33,309 nt of DNA from Candidatus Poribacteria bacterium. Lineage in GTDB: Bacteria > Poribacteria > WGA-4E > UBA9662. Position numbers and translations under genes: made by a program. The notes beneath the pieces were generated by a model that saw nothing but the letters and a program-made list of their open reading frames with translations, was not told the DNA's origin and did not search any database. Location: assembly GCA_036339735.1 (NCBI GenBank), contig JAYZAL010000075.1:1-33309 (forward strand), read 5' to 3'. Below are positions 1 through 9,636 of the stretch, in pieces (within the stretch, counting starts at the first letter, position 1; every line of letters begins with the position of its first letter).

Positions 1-325
1 TGATAATAGAATCAAATTGCGCGTATTTCCCTAAAGATCACCTAACACATTAGTATTTATTTTTTAATTATGTGATTTTAAAAATAGATTAGATGAACAA
101 GATTTGAAGGATTCATGATACAAAGTGTGTCCTCAAGTCAATCTAAATTAGGCGAAAGAGTTCACCGTTGTATCACGAGAAAGAATCAAAACTATTCTAT
201 AACTGGGTTTGTATTTAAGTGGAGAATTTTAGGGTTTACCCAAATTAGCCTAGTCTGTGTCCTCCAAGGCGACGCTAACAGATTGACTTCACTTGTTTTG
301 AATATTGATTGAGAAAAATGGTGGC

Positions 326-2257
326 TCAGATCGGTTCAGTGAAACGAGATAATGATTCTAAACTAAGTCCACTTCTTGACAAAGTATCTAGGCTTTGCAC
401 TGGTGAGTCGGTCAAGATAGAAAAAAGATCATTTTTAAGTTGCATAAAACTTTTTGAATCAATTCTTTCTTCGCCTTCTATCTTAGCTAACCTACTTAAG
501 GCATCCATAGCATAACCAACACTGATGATGTTTTGATCCTTCTGAATTACTTCTTTCAATGCTTCTATAGTTATATCGAGAGATGATCCCAGAACAGATG
601 CCCCTTTCGAGCAAAGAATTACTATTGACCATAGAACATTTTCTCGTACTGAGGAACGAACTGGTTGAAAACGATCTAAACCCAGATCGAATCCACCCCC
701 CTCACACACATCCGACTCGTCAGTAGGGCGTGCAAACTTAATACTTCGACCTTGTGCCAAGTCCATAGCTAGTCTATTTTCTTCTTTTTTTAAGCTATCC
801 ACTAACACCCTCAAACAAGAAGGAATTAGCTGATTCCCAATCCCACTAGCGGCTGACCGGCGCCCTAAACAACCTAGTGAACCTGCTGCGACAGAACGAA
901 CATAAACAGATGGATCGGATTCCAACCGACTAGAGACAGTTTCTAGCACTTTCTCACTTAGCTCACAAGCGTCCCCCAGACCATATACACCAGCTTTTCG
1001 AACCCATTTCAATGGTGAATTAGCTGCCTTTATAAGTGTTGCAGTAGCTTGATTACCAACGGCAATTAACCCATAAGTGGCGGCTCGACGTACATTTTCT
1101 CTTTCATCATAGAGGGCATCTTCTAGGATATTGACAGCCAACTTCAAATTCACAGTATTAGCTAACCGGTAGGCTGCACCAATACGGGCTGGTTCTGCTG
1201 ATTCATTCTTTAAACGCAACTGATGCCCCAATTTTTCAGCCTCTTTTTGGTCCTGTGACAAGATCTGAGGTGGTTCTTTTCCTATTCGAGTCCAATAATA
1301 ATGATAACGCCAAACTGTAGTTATATCAGGCTCCACAGAGGTTAAGTCAATATTGGTTAGTAAATCCTCACCTAGGTTATTCCAGTCAATTTCGGATTTC
1401 CATAAATCTCGAGTGTCTGGCTGGCTAGGATCAGTCGTCCGGTAGATCCAGAATCGCCACATGAAACGTGGATTATCTTGCCAAGTACGCCAGTCGTCAC
1501 GGCGATGATTGCCACGATGAAACATATTGTGAGAATAAAGAATTACACTGCCAGCAGATAACGGAGCAGCCTCAAATGGTTTAACCAAGGGCCATTGCAA
1601 ATCAGTGATCGCTTTCCTCATTCTCAGATCATGATCAGTCCGTCGATTAACAATGTCATCTAGATGATAGGTTGAATTTGGTCCACTTACAGTCTGAGAT
1701 TCCATACCTTTTAAGTGATAGTTGAAATCAAGATGATCGGCTCCAGCAAAATTATCGTGATTCTCCTCGTGATTGAAAGTCCAATATTGTGAATAGGGGA
1801 TAGTAGCTGTGGGTCCCATGTCATCTGTTACCGTTTGTGGGTAGTAGAGCATTTCCATTTGTATTGTTTGATGATGACGTTGTTTCCTGCTGTTTCGGGG
1901 AGCATTGTCATCCTTATGCCAGTGTTGATCACTACCTCCACTAGTTATCGAACTAGAGGAAAAGGGAACGATAGCCCAATTTTCACCTACCAATTGATCG
2001 CAAGCCTTCACTAGCCCAGGCGAATTGATAATGTCCAGTATCTGTGGTATTGTCGACGGTCTAATTCTCTTTCCTTCTCTAATAGCCTGTTTCTGTTTTT
2101 GGTAAATTTGGTGGTGTATACCAAGTGGTAACCCCAGGCTCTCTGGGGACAGGATTACTAATCCTCTACTCGTAAAATCAAGTAACAGTCTCTCTGAAGA
2201 AGTATATTCCGATCCTAATGGATGGCCAGGCGAATCTTTTGTTTTTTTTTCACTCAA
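326..2257 (-). CDS. PhyH-like Fe(II)/2-oxoglutarate dioxygenase domain fused to C-terminal HEAT/PBS-lyase-like repeats
   Basis: 643-aa ORF with TTG start and GGAGG SD upstream. N-terminal half has QHWHKD (HxD), MGPTATIP and AGSVILYSHNMFHRG (distal His), typical of PhyH. C-terminal half has repeated 'VRRAATYGL', 'VRKAGVYGL', 'VRSVAAGSL' HEAT-like motifs. Confidence 0.75.
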   Translation of the reverse strand: MSEKKTKDSPGHPLGSEYTSSERLLLDFTSRGLVILSPESLGLPLGIHHQIYQKQKQAIREGKRIRPSTIPQILDIINSPGLVKACDQLVGENWAIVPFSSSSITSGGSDQHWHKDDNAPRNSRKQRHHQTIQMEMLYYPQTVTDDMGPTATIPYSQYWTFNHEENHDNFAGADHLDFNYHLKGMESQTVSGPNSTYHLDDIVNRRTDHDLRMRKAITDLQWPLVKPFEAAPLSAGSVILYSHNMFHRGNHRRDDWRTWQDNPRFMWRFWIYRTTDPSQPDTRDLWKSEIDWNNLGEDLLTNIDLTSVEPDITTVWRYHYYWTRIGKEPPQILSQDQKEAEKLGHQLRLKNESAEPARIGAAYRLANTVNLKLAVNILEDALYDERENVRRAATYGLIAVGNQATATLIKAANSPLKWVRKAGVYGLGDACELSEKVLETVSSRLESDPSVYVRSVAAGSLGCLGRRSAASGIGNQLIPSCLRVLVDSLKKEENRLAMDLAQGRSIKFARPTDESDVCEGGGFDLGLDRFQPVRSSVRENVLWSIVILCSKGASVLGSSLDITIEALKEVIQKDQNIISVGYAMDALSRLAKIEGEERIDSKSFMQLKNDLFSILTDSPVQSLDTLSRSGLSLESLSRFTEPI

Positions 2258-2472
2258 TTTATTTAAATCCTCCGAAATTTAAGTTGTGTTCTCGAAATCA
2301 TTTTTAATGACTTGTGAATAGGTTTATGGATTTCACTCTAATTTCACCTTATCGAGTGAGTGAAAATTCAGGACTTGGTTATCGATAGATTTGGCCCCAA
2401 GAGCGATTAGGGTTGATTGTTCATGTAACCTGAATCCTATACAATAACCAGAAATAAAAATTGTCTGTATTT

Positions 2473-2727
2473 TCATCTGTCGTGGCTGTTTTTTTTCGGT
2501 TGAAACAGCTTTATCCCTTCTTTGTACATTGAAAGGTCTATAAAACAAGTATGAATGTTATACAGGATTGTTCCAATAATAAGAGAAACTGCGGATATTA
2601 GTTTCCCTGTTTCCTCAGGCAAAATACCAATCCCACTAACCAAAATCGAACCAAAGAATAAACCAAAGAAAAATGCAATTGCCCAATTCATGGTATCACT
2701 ATGCCATATAAAATCAAGATTCTGCAA
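2473..2727 (-). CDS. Small hypothetical membrane protein (2 TM), start uncertain
   Basis: Two hydrophobic segments (WAIAFFFGLFFGSILVSGIGI; LISAVSLIIGTILY). The frame stays open upstream of the TTG without another start codon, and there is no clear SD. Confidence 0.35.
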   Translation of the reverse strand: MQNLDFIWHSDTMNWAIAFFFGLFFGSILVSGIGILPEETGKLISAVSLIIGTILYNIHTCFIDLSMYKEGIKLFQPKKNSHDR

Positions 2728-2906
2728 TGGTGTTTCCAGCGTCTGCCGACATCTTTGGCAAATAGATAAATCAGCCGCATCGATAGGATTGGATTGGTAT
2801 TTTAGTAGATCAAAAATTTTATTTTCACAAATGAATAGTCCCTTGTATAGAAACCGGACTTGATGTAGATTTAGATAATTACTATTTTTATCCTTGGAGG
2901 CAAAGA

Positions 2907-3635
2907 ATGAGACAGAGTGGTCTAACAGCGGAAGAAAAATTTGTCATCGATTTACACGGATATATTGTCATACCTAAGGTATTAACAAAAAATGAAGTTA
3001 ACCAACTGAATAAATATATAGATCAATCTGATCGACAGGGGAGACCAAGTTTATGGGGCGATCAGTTCAAAGACTTAATCGATCATCCTAAAATTCTCCC
3101 TTATTTGTTGGAACTTTTGGGGCCATATGTACGACTAGACCATGACTATGCCATTTTTATGAATGCAGGAACATCAAAAGGTGGGTTGCATGGTGGACCG
3201 GATGTTGTCGGTGACCATTGGTATAAGTATCGAGATGGAACTATCAGGAATGGATTGAGTGTGATGACTTTTGCTCTATCCGATGTTAACCAAGGAAACG
3301 GTGGTTTCGCTTGTATTCCAGGCAGCCACAAAACTAACATGTTGCGATCCGTACCAGGAGATGTCCGACAGTTTAAACGGGACGCTCATTATGTAGTACA
3401 ACCTACTATGAACGCGGGCGATGTCCTTTTCTTTACTGAAGCTTTGATTCACGGTACCAAACCTTGGGCAGCCAATCACGAGCGCCGATCACTTTTGTAC
3501 AAATACAGCCCTGGACACTCAGCGTGGAACATCAATTATCCCAACGAAGAATCATATGGACAGTTGACCGAAAGACAAAAGAGAATGCTCTTACCTCCCT
3601 CTATTGGTAATAGGCCTAGGGTTGATGAATTGTAG
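2907..3635 (+). CDS. Phytanoyl-CoA dioxygenase (PhyH) family Fe(II)/2OG enzyme
   Basis: GGAGG SD at 2896-2900. Motifs HGYIVIPKVL, LIDHPKIL, GGFACIPGSHK, AGDVLFFTEALIHGT, RRSLLYKY. Confidence 0.9.
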   Translation: MRQSGLTAEEKFVIDLHGYIVIPKVLTKNEVNQLNKYIDQSDRQGRPSLWGDQFKDLIDHPKILPYLLELLGPYVRLDHDYAIFMNAGTSKGGLHGGPDVVGDHWYKYRDGTIRNGLSVMTFALSDVNQGNGGFACIPGSHKTNMLRSVPGDVRQFKRDAHYVVQPTMNAGDVLFFTEALIHGTKPWAANHERRSLLYKYSPGHSAWNINYPNEESYGQLTERQKRMLLPPSIGNRPRVDEL

Positions 3636-3639
3636 GATA

Positions 3640-4539
3640 CTAGGCAAATATTGTCTTCATTTCAGAAGGAAGAATAGGAACTGCGCCAGACTGAGAACAA
3701 ACATAAGCTGCCACCTGATTGGCTTTTTCATTAATCGTTTCAAATTCAAATTGATTAAGTAAACCCATTGCCAAAGTAGCAGTAAATGCATCACCAGCAC
3801 CAACCGTGTCTTTTACTTCCACTGATAGGCCTGGATGGTCAAAAACGCCTTCGTCGGTTAGCAAAACGGATCCTTTGCCTCCTCTAGTAAGTGAGACTAA
3901 CTCTAATTTAAACTTTTGTTTTAGCTGTTCCAACTGGTTAATTGTCCCACCTGTTAGACTCAAGATAGATTTGACTACTGGTAATTCTTCATCATTCAGT
4001 TTCAAAAGATTTGCTAATTCTAATGATTGGATAATCAATTCATCACTATAATAATCTTGCCTTAAATTGATATCAAAAATTTTTAGACAGTCGACGGGTG
4101 TCAACTGTAAAAACCGTTGAATAGTTTGTCGAGACCTATTAGATCGTTGATCGAGCGAGCCAAAACAAACAGCATTAGTTTGTTGCGCTAGATTCTCTGT
4201 TTCAATTGACCAAGGAATAAAGTCCCAAGCCACATTAGGAGTAATATGGAAACTTGGCTGGCCTTCATCGTCCAAATCTACTAGTACTGTTCCTGTCGGA
4301 TATTTAGTCGATTGAGAAATAGCTTCAGTATTAACTTGATATCGTTCAAAAGTTTTCAGTATATCTATTCCCATTTGATCTTTTCCGATACAACTGACCA
4401 TTGTAGATTGTCCGCCCAACATTTTGGAATGACAAGCAAAATTTGCGGGTGCTCCACCAAAGTGAGTTTGACCTGGAAACACATCCCACAATACCGCCCC
4501 CAAACCAACAACCACAAATTCCTTGACTGATTGCTTCAT
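3640..4539 (-). CDS. PfkB-family carbohydrate kinase (fructokinase-like)
   Basis: GGAPANFA N-terminal motif, FDINLR, LKLNDEE, DTVGAGDAF PfkB signature. AAGGAGA SD. Confidence 0.92.
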   Translation of the reverse strand: MKQSVKEFVVVGLGAVLWDVFPGQTHFGGAPANFACHSKMLGGQSTMVSCIGKDQMGIDILKTFERYQVNTEAISQSTKYPTGTVLVDLDDEGQPSFHITPNVAWDFIPWSIETENLAQQTNAVCFGSLDQRSNRSRQTIQRFLQLTPVDCLKIFDINLRQDYYSDELIIQSLELANLLKLNDEELPVVKSILSLTGGTINQLEQLKQKFKLELVSLTRGGKGSVLLTDEGVFDHPGLSVEVKDTVGAGDAFTATLAMGLLNQFEFETINEKANQVAAYVCSQSGAVPILPSEMKTIFA

Positions 4540-4774
4540 ATCGTCTCCTTACAATTAATTCGTTCAAATTTAGATTTTTTCTGTTTGTTATTTAGACTGT
4601 AATGACAAATCATAACAAACTGGGAATGTTAGGTACTCATATGGCAGAATTAAGGTGCCATTGTAATTAGAAAATTAGTGGATTTGGACCTCAAATAACA
4701 TAATTGGATGAAGGTACTCTCACTCATCAATCCATTATACAAAAATAAAAAAACTTGACCAAGAAAATACATAA

Positions 4775-7700
4775 ATGAAACCGTTAATCCGCACATTCAT
4801 TACAAATCCTGTGTTGGTACATATGATTACAATTGGTGTAATCGTATTCGGCACCTTTAGCTTCCTTACTATGCCTCGAGAGCTGAATCCAAACTTAAAT
4901 TTCTATTGGATGATAGTTGAGGTTTGGTATCCAGGTGTATCACCAGAAGAAATTGAAAAACTAATTACTAAACCAATAGAGGATGAAATTTCAGATGTGG
5001 ATAACATTAATACGATCACCTCATCTTCGGCCGAAGGTCGATCAATAATTAGTATCCAATTTGAACAAGATATTAGTGAAAGAGAGTTTAAGCAGTCAGC
5101 CCAGAGCTTACGAACAGAAATCGAAAAAGTATATCTACCGGAGGATGCTGAAGACCCAGTAGTCATTGAGCTAGATTCTAGCGATTTAGAATCTATGTTG
5201 GATGTAGTCGTTTCGGGAGACCTTCCTGAGATTAAAATTAAACAGATTGCTGAAGATCTCCAAGAAATGATCCGGGAAATCGAAAATGTAGCTGATGTCA
5301 GCATGCGAGGAGATCGAAAACGCCAAATTCGAGTTTCAGTTGACCCTGACCGATTAAGCCAGCACGGTATTGCTATCGCCGAGATTGCTAATGCGATTTC
5401 AGCGCAAAACCTAAACATCCCTGCCGGCAAATTGAAAGTGGCTCAAGCAGAATTGCTACTACGCACCATTGGTGAGTTCAAGATGGCTGACCAAATTTAT
5501 GACGTGATTATTCGTAAGTTGCCACAAAGTGGAGAAATTCGGGTACGAGACGTAGCGAAAATTGAAGATGATTACGAAGATTGGCGAATAATTACGAGAC
5601 TGAACGGCAAAACATCCATTTCCTTATCAGTTGCCAAACAATCAAAAGGTAATACCATCAAGATCGTTGATCAAGTCAAGACTGTTATTGATAACTACAG
5701 GAAATACCGTTTGCCAGAATCTGCTTCTATCACTTTAGTTAGCGACTCATCAACTTTTGTGAAAAGCTTTATTCAAGTTCTTGAGACTAACGCCTTTTTA
5801 GGCATCATCTTTGTGGTCGTGGCCCTTTTCGTTTTTATTGGTATTCGTAATGCCTTATTTGTGGCGGCTGGCATTCCTATAGCACTGCTGATGACCTTCA
5901 CTGTCATGTACTTGAATAAGCAATCTATCAATCAGAGTTCACTCTTTGCTCTTGTATTGGTCTTAGGAATTGTAGTCGACGATGCTATCGTGGTAATTGA
6001 AAATATCTATCGAAGACTAGAAAAAGGTGAACCTCTAACCACGGCCTCGATTGAAGGGACCAAAGAAGTTGCTATTCCAATATTGGCCGCTTCATTGACT
6101 TCGATAGCCGCTTTTTTACCCTTGGCTCTACTACCAGGTCTGATTGGTCGCTTTATGCGGGTGATACCAATTGTAGTTAGCCTTACGATCGTTGCCTCGA
6201 TCTTAGAGTGTTTCTTTATTTTACCTTCACATATTGCTGAGTGGGGTAAGGTTGTGCATTCGCCGGCCAGAGACCGGCTAATGCAAAAATTACTCAATCC
6301 TTACTCTAAAATACTAAAGTGGGTACTTCGGTGGCGTTACTTAGTCTTGATCTTAGTATTCATAACAATTGGAGGCAGTATTGGCTTAGTCGCCAGCGGT
6401 TTAATTCCAGTGAACCTATTTGCTTCCGATGAGTTACCAATGTTTTTCGTTGGTGTCACACTACCTTCAGGTGCAAACTTAGAAGAGACCGACCGTGTGA
6501 TGAGACAATTTGAGGAACAAGCATTGTCTTTGCCATCATCTGAAGTCAATGCCGTATTATGTCGAACAGGCTTTATTACTAAGAATAATGAGCGTGCAGT
6601 TATTGGTAGTAATACAGGCATGTTAGTCCTAGATTTGGTGGAGGAAAAGCAACGAGAGCGCAGCGTAGAAGAGATCATCAGTGACTTACGAAACAGATGT
6701 CAACAGATAGCAGGACCAGAATCAGTCGAATATATAAAAAACGATTCTGGTCCACCAGCAGCATCAGATGTAGAAGTATTAGTGAAAGGTCGTTATTTTG
6801 ACCAACTCGAGGGTCTTTCCAACGAAATTCAAGATTTGCTGTCTTCTACAGATGGCGTTTTCGACGTTCAAGATGATTATCAACTTGGAAAAGAAGAACT
6901 TAAACTGCAAATTAAGACCGACAAAGCCCAAGAATACGGCTTGAGTGTAGCGCATATTGCCCAATCTATTCGCCGTTCCTTCGATGGTTTCAAGGCAACT
7001 GTGATTCGCGACGGTGATGAAGAAATAGACGTCGTTGTTCAATATGAGAAAGACAGACGCCAGTCCATCCAAGATCTTCAAGAAATGAATCTAGTAACTC
7101 AGCCAGGTCTTAACGGGTTACCAATTATTATTCCTCTAAAAGATGTAGCTAGTATGTCACGACAAAAGGGATATTCCACTATTGAACGTTTTCAAAGAGA
7201 GCGAGCTATTACTATTCGTGCTAGTGTAGATAAAGATAAGATTCAACCAGCTCAAGTTAACCAGAAGATACAAATCTTCTTCGACCAAGCTGGAATCCGT
7301 TATCCGGCTTGTAGTATCAGTTTCGAGGGCGAATTAGCCGAGATTAATTCAGCCTTTTCTGATGTTGGAAAGCTTTTTGCCGTTGGTATGTTGCTAATCT
7401 ATTTTATACTGGGTACTCAATTCAAATCTTTTGTACAACCAATTATTATCATGATGGCTGTACCATTTGCTTTTATGGGTGCAGTTCTAGGATTAATCAA
7501 TACTGGACAACCACTATCGCTGTCTAGCCTATTCGGTATAGTAGCTCTTGCTGGTATTGTGGTCAACGACTCGATTGTGCTAATTGACTTTATCAATCGT
7601 CGCCGCCAAAGTGGTGCCGGCAAGTGGCGAGCCGTAATAAAAGGTGGGCAGACTAGACTCCGACCGATAATTCTTACTTCTATTACTACTATTTTCGGCC

Positions 7701-7882
7701 TATTACCCATGGCTTTGGGTATTGGTGGCAGGTCGGCAACTTGGATGCCGATGGCCAGCACTATCGTTTGGGGGTTGACCGTCGCAACTTTACTGACCTT
7801 GTTCGTAATACCAGCTTTCTACATAGTGATTGATGATTTTTTCCCGTGGAAAAACCGGGAACATGAGTTAGAGCATGAGTGA
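4775..7882 (+). CDS. RND-family (AcrB/AcrD/AcrF-like) efflux permease
   Basis: 1035 aa with YPGVSPEEIE, GIVVDDAIVVIENI, GIVVNDSIVLID and RLRPIILTSITT motifs and two TM clusters. Confidence 0.95.
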   Translation: MKPLIRTFITNPVLVHMITIGVIVFGTFSFLTMPRELNPNLNFYWMIVEVWYPGVSPEEIEKLITKPIEDEISDVDNINTITSSSAEGRSIISIQFEQDISEREFKQSAQSLRTEIEKVYLPEDAEDPVVIELDSSDLESMLDVVVSGDLPEIKIKQIAEDLQEMIREIENVADVSMRGDRKRQIRVSVDPDRLSQHGIAIAEIANAISAQNLNIPAGKLKVAQAELLLRTIGEFKMADQIYDVIIRKLPQSGEIRVRDVAKIEDDYEDWRIITRLNGKTSISLSVAKQSKGNTIKIVDQVKTVIDNYRKYRLPESASITLVSDSSTFVKSFIQVLETNAFLGIIFVVVALFVFIGIRNALFVAAGIPIALLMTFTVMYLNKQSINQSSLFALVLVLGIVVDDAIVVIENIYRRLEKGEPLTTASIEGTKEVAIPILAASLTSIAAFLPLALLPGLIGRFMRVIPIVVSLTIVASILECFFILPSHIAEWGKVVHSPARDRLMQKLLNPYSKILKWVLRWRYLVLILVFITIGGSIGLVASGLIPVNLFASDELPMFFVGVTLPSGANLEETDRVMRQFEEQALSLPSSEVNAVLCRTGFITKNNERAVIGSNTGMLVLDLVEEKQRERSVEEIISDLRNRCQQIAGPESVEYIKNDSGPPAASDVEVLVKGRYFDQLEGLSNEIQDLLSSTDGVFDVQDDYQLGKEELKLQIKTDKAQEYGLSVAHIAQSIRRSFDGFKATVIRDGDEEIDVVVQYEKDRRQSIQDLQEMNLVTQPGLNGLPIIIPLKDVASMSRQKGYSTIERFQRERAITIRASVDKDKIQPAQVNQKIQIFFDQAGIRYPACSISFEGELAEINSAFSDVGKLFAVGMLLIYFILGTQFKSFVQPIIIMMAVPFAFMGAVLGLINTGQPLSLSSLFGIVALAGIVVNDSIVLIDFINRRRQSGAGKWRAVIKGGQTRLRPIILTSITTIFGLLPMALGIGGRSATWMPMASTIVWGLTVATLLTLFVIPAFYIVIDDFFPWKNREHELEHE

Positions 7883-7936
7883 TTAGTTTATAGGCAGAAT
7901 ATATCAAATCAATCTCTATTGAATTAAATGACGATA

Positions 7937-9625
7937 TTAGCCAGAAATGGTCACCGGGTCAAAATCATCGATCTTGATAAGTTGTCTATCTGATTGGCTT
8001 CGCCACTTAACTTCGATGCTGTCAACGGATAAGGTCTTTTGGCTTACCGTCACGCGCAATGGCAGACCAATTAGATCGGCCTCTTTAAACTTAAATCCTG
8101 GGCTTTCGGATCTATCATCGTACAAAACTTCTAAACCTTTGCCAGTCCAATCTTGGTAAAGTTGCTCTGCTTTTTCTACGATTTTCTCACCTTTGCCAAT
8201 ATGCATTAGATGAATTTGGTAAGGAGCGATCGATTTGGGAAAAACTATACCATCATCATCGTGATTAGCCTCAATCGAACTAGCCAGCAACCTACCCACG
8301 CCAATTCCATAACAACCCATGACCATTGGTTGTGATTTTCCGTTTTGGTCCAAATAGGTTGCCTTCATAGCTTGGCTATATTTAGTGCCCAGCTTGAAAA
8401 TATTACCAACCTCGATACCCTTTTTAAGTTTGAGGGTGCCTCCACATTTAGCACACACCGACTCATCCTCAGCCAAGGCCAAATCAGTAATAATATGGGC
8501 TTGAAAATCACGATCATAATTAGCATTTTTGAGGTGATAACCGATCTTATTAGCTCCAGCTACCAGATTCGTAGATTTTGTTACTGAATCATCTAGAAAA
8601 ACTTTTATGCCCTCAATTCCGATGGGGGAGGCATAACCGGCTACTATATCATTAGCTTCCAATTCTTCAATAGTGGCCGGTCTAACTTCCTCTCCGACTG
8701 CATTAGTCAATTTAGTCAAATTGACTTCTAGATCGCCACGAATAGCGACGAAAATGACTTCTCCTTGTACGGTGGTGTAGAAAACTGCTTTTAAGGTTTG
8801 GTTTTGTTGGACACCCAAAAATGCTGCAACTTCTTCAATCGTCTGTTGGTCAGGAGTTGCCACTTCTTCTAAGGGTTTCATTACTTGAGTCTCGGTTTGT
8901 CCTTTTTGGAAAACGGCCACTTCCGCGTTAGCTGTATAGTCGCAGGAAGAACATAAAATCAGGTTATCTTCACCTGAATCGGAGACCAACATGAATTCGT
9001 GGGCAGCCGACCCACCAATCATACCAGTGTCTGATTCAACTACGACTACATCTATCCCTGATCGATGAAAGATGTTCAAATAAGCTTGGTATACAAGTTC
9101 ATAGTATTCGTCTAGATCTTCCTGACTGGTATGAAAACTATATGCGTCTTTCATCACGAATTCACGAACTCTTATCAGTCCTGCTCGTGGTCGAGGTTCA
9201 TCCCGAAACTTCAATTTGATCTGGTAAAGTTGAAAAGGTAATTGTCGATACGAATTGACTATATTACGGACCAGATCAGTTACAGCTTCTTCATGTGTCA
9301 TCGCCAGAACTAAATCACGGTCAAATCGATCGCTAAAGCCTGCTAATTCCTTTCCAATTAATGGCTCCCAACGACCACTTTCTTGCCATAGTTCGGCCGG
9401 ATGTACCAAAGGCATGTTGATTTCTTGCCCGCCAATCGCATCCATTTCTTGGCGAATGATTTGTTCAATTTTTTGAATGGACCGGTGAGCCACAGGCAAA
9501 TAGCTATACATGCCAGCAGCTAATCGATGAATCATTCCGGCACGTAGTAACAGTTGATGACTAGGAATTTCAGCTTCGGACGGAACTTCTTTTAATGTTC
9601 GTCCAAAGAGTTTAGACATTCTCAC
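7937..9625 (-). CDS. proS: Proline--tRNA ligase (bacterial type with INS editing domain)
   Basis: SHQLLLRAGMI, LAMTHEE, FRDEPRPRAGLIRVREF, GIEVGNIFKLGTKYS, MGCYGIGVGR. Confidence 0.97.
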   Translation of the reverse strand: MRMSKLFGRTLKEVPSEAEIPSHQLLLRAGMIHRLAAGMYSYLPVAHRSIQKIEQIIRQEMDAIGGQEINMPLVHPAELWQESGRWEPLIGKELAGFSDRFDRDLVLAMTHEEAVTDLVRNIVNSYRQLPFQLYQIKLKFRDEPRPRAGLIRVREFVMKDAYSFHTSQEDLDEYYELVYQAYLNIFHRSGIDVVVVESDTGMIGGSAAHEFMLVSDSGEDNLILCSSCDYTANAEVAVFQKGQTETQVMKPLEEVATPDQQTIEEVAAFLGVQQNQTLKAVFYTTVQGEVIFVAIRGDLEVNLTKLTNAVGEEVRPATIEELEANDIVAGYASPIGIEGIKVFLDDSVTKSTNLVAGANKIGYHLKNANYDRDFQAHIITDLALAEDESVCAKCGGTLKLKKGIEVGNIFKLGTKYSQAMKATYLDQNGKSQPMVMGCYGIGVGRLLASSIEANHDDDGIVFPKSIAPYQIHLMHIGKGEKIVEKAEQLYQDWTGKGLEVLYDDRSESPGFKFKEADLIGLPLRVTVSQKTLSVDSIEVKWRSQSDRQLIKIDDFDPVTISG

Positions 9626-9636
9626 TTCAGAATCCT

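Noticed and set aside
115-515. Short + strand ORFs 115-312 and 309-515
   Set aside because: No recognisable motifs; the second is antisense to the PhyH-HEAT gene.
2333-2863. ORFs 2333-2548 (-) and 2555-2863 (+)
   Set aside because: They overlap the more protein-like 2-TM ORF and have no motifs or SD.
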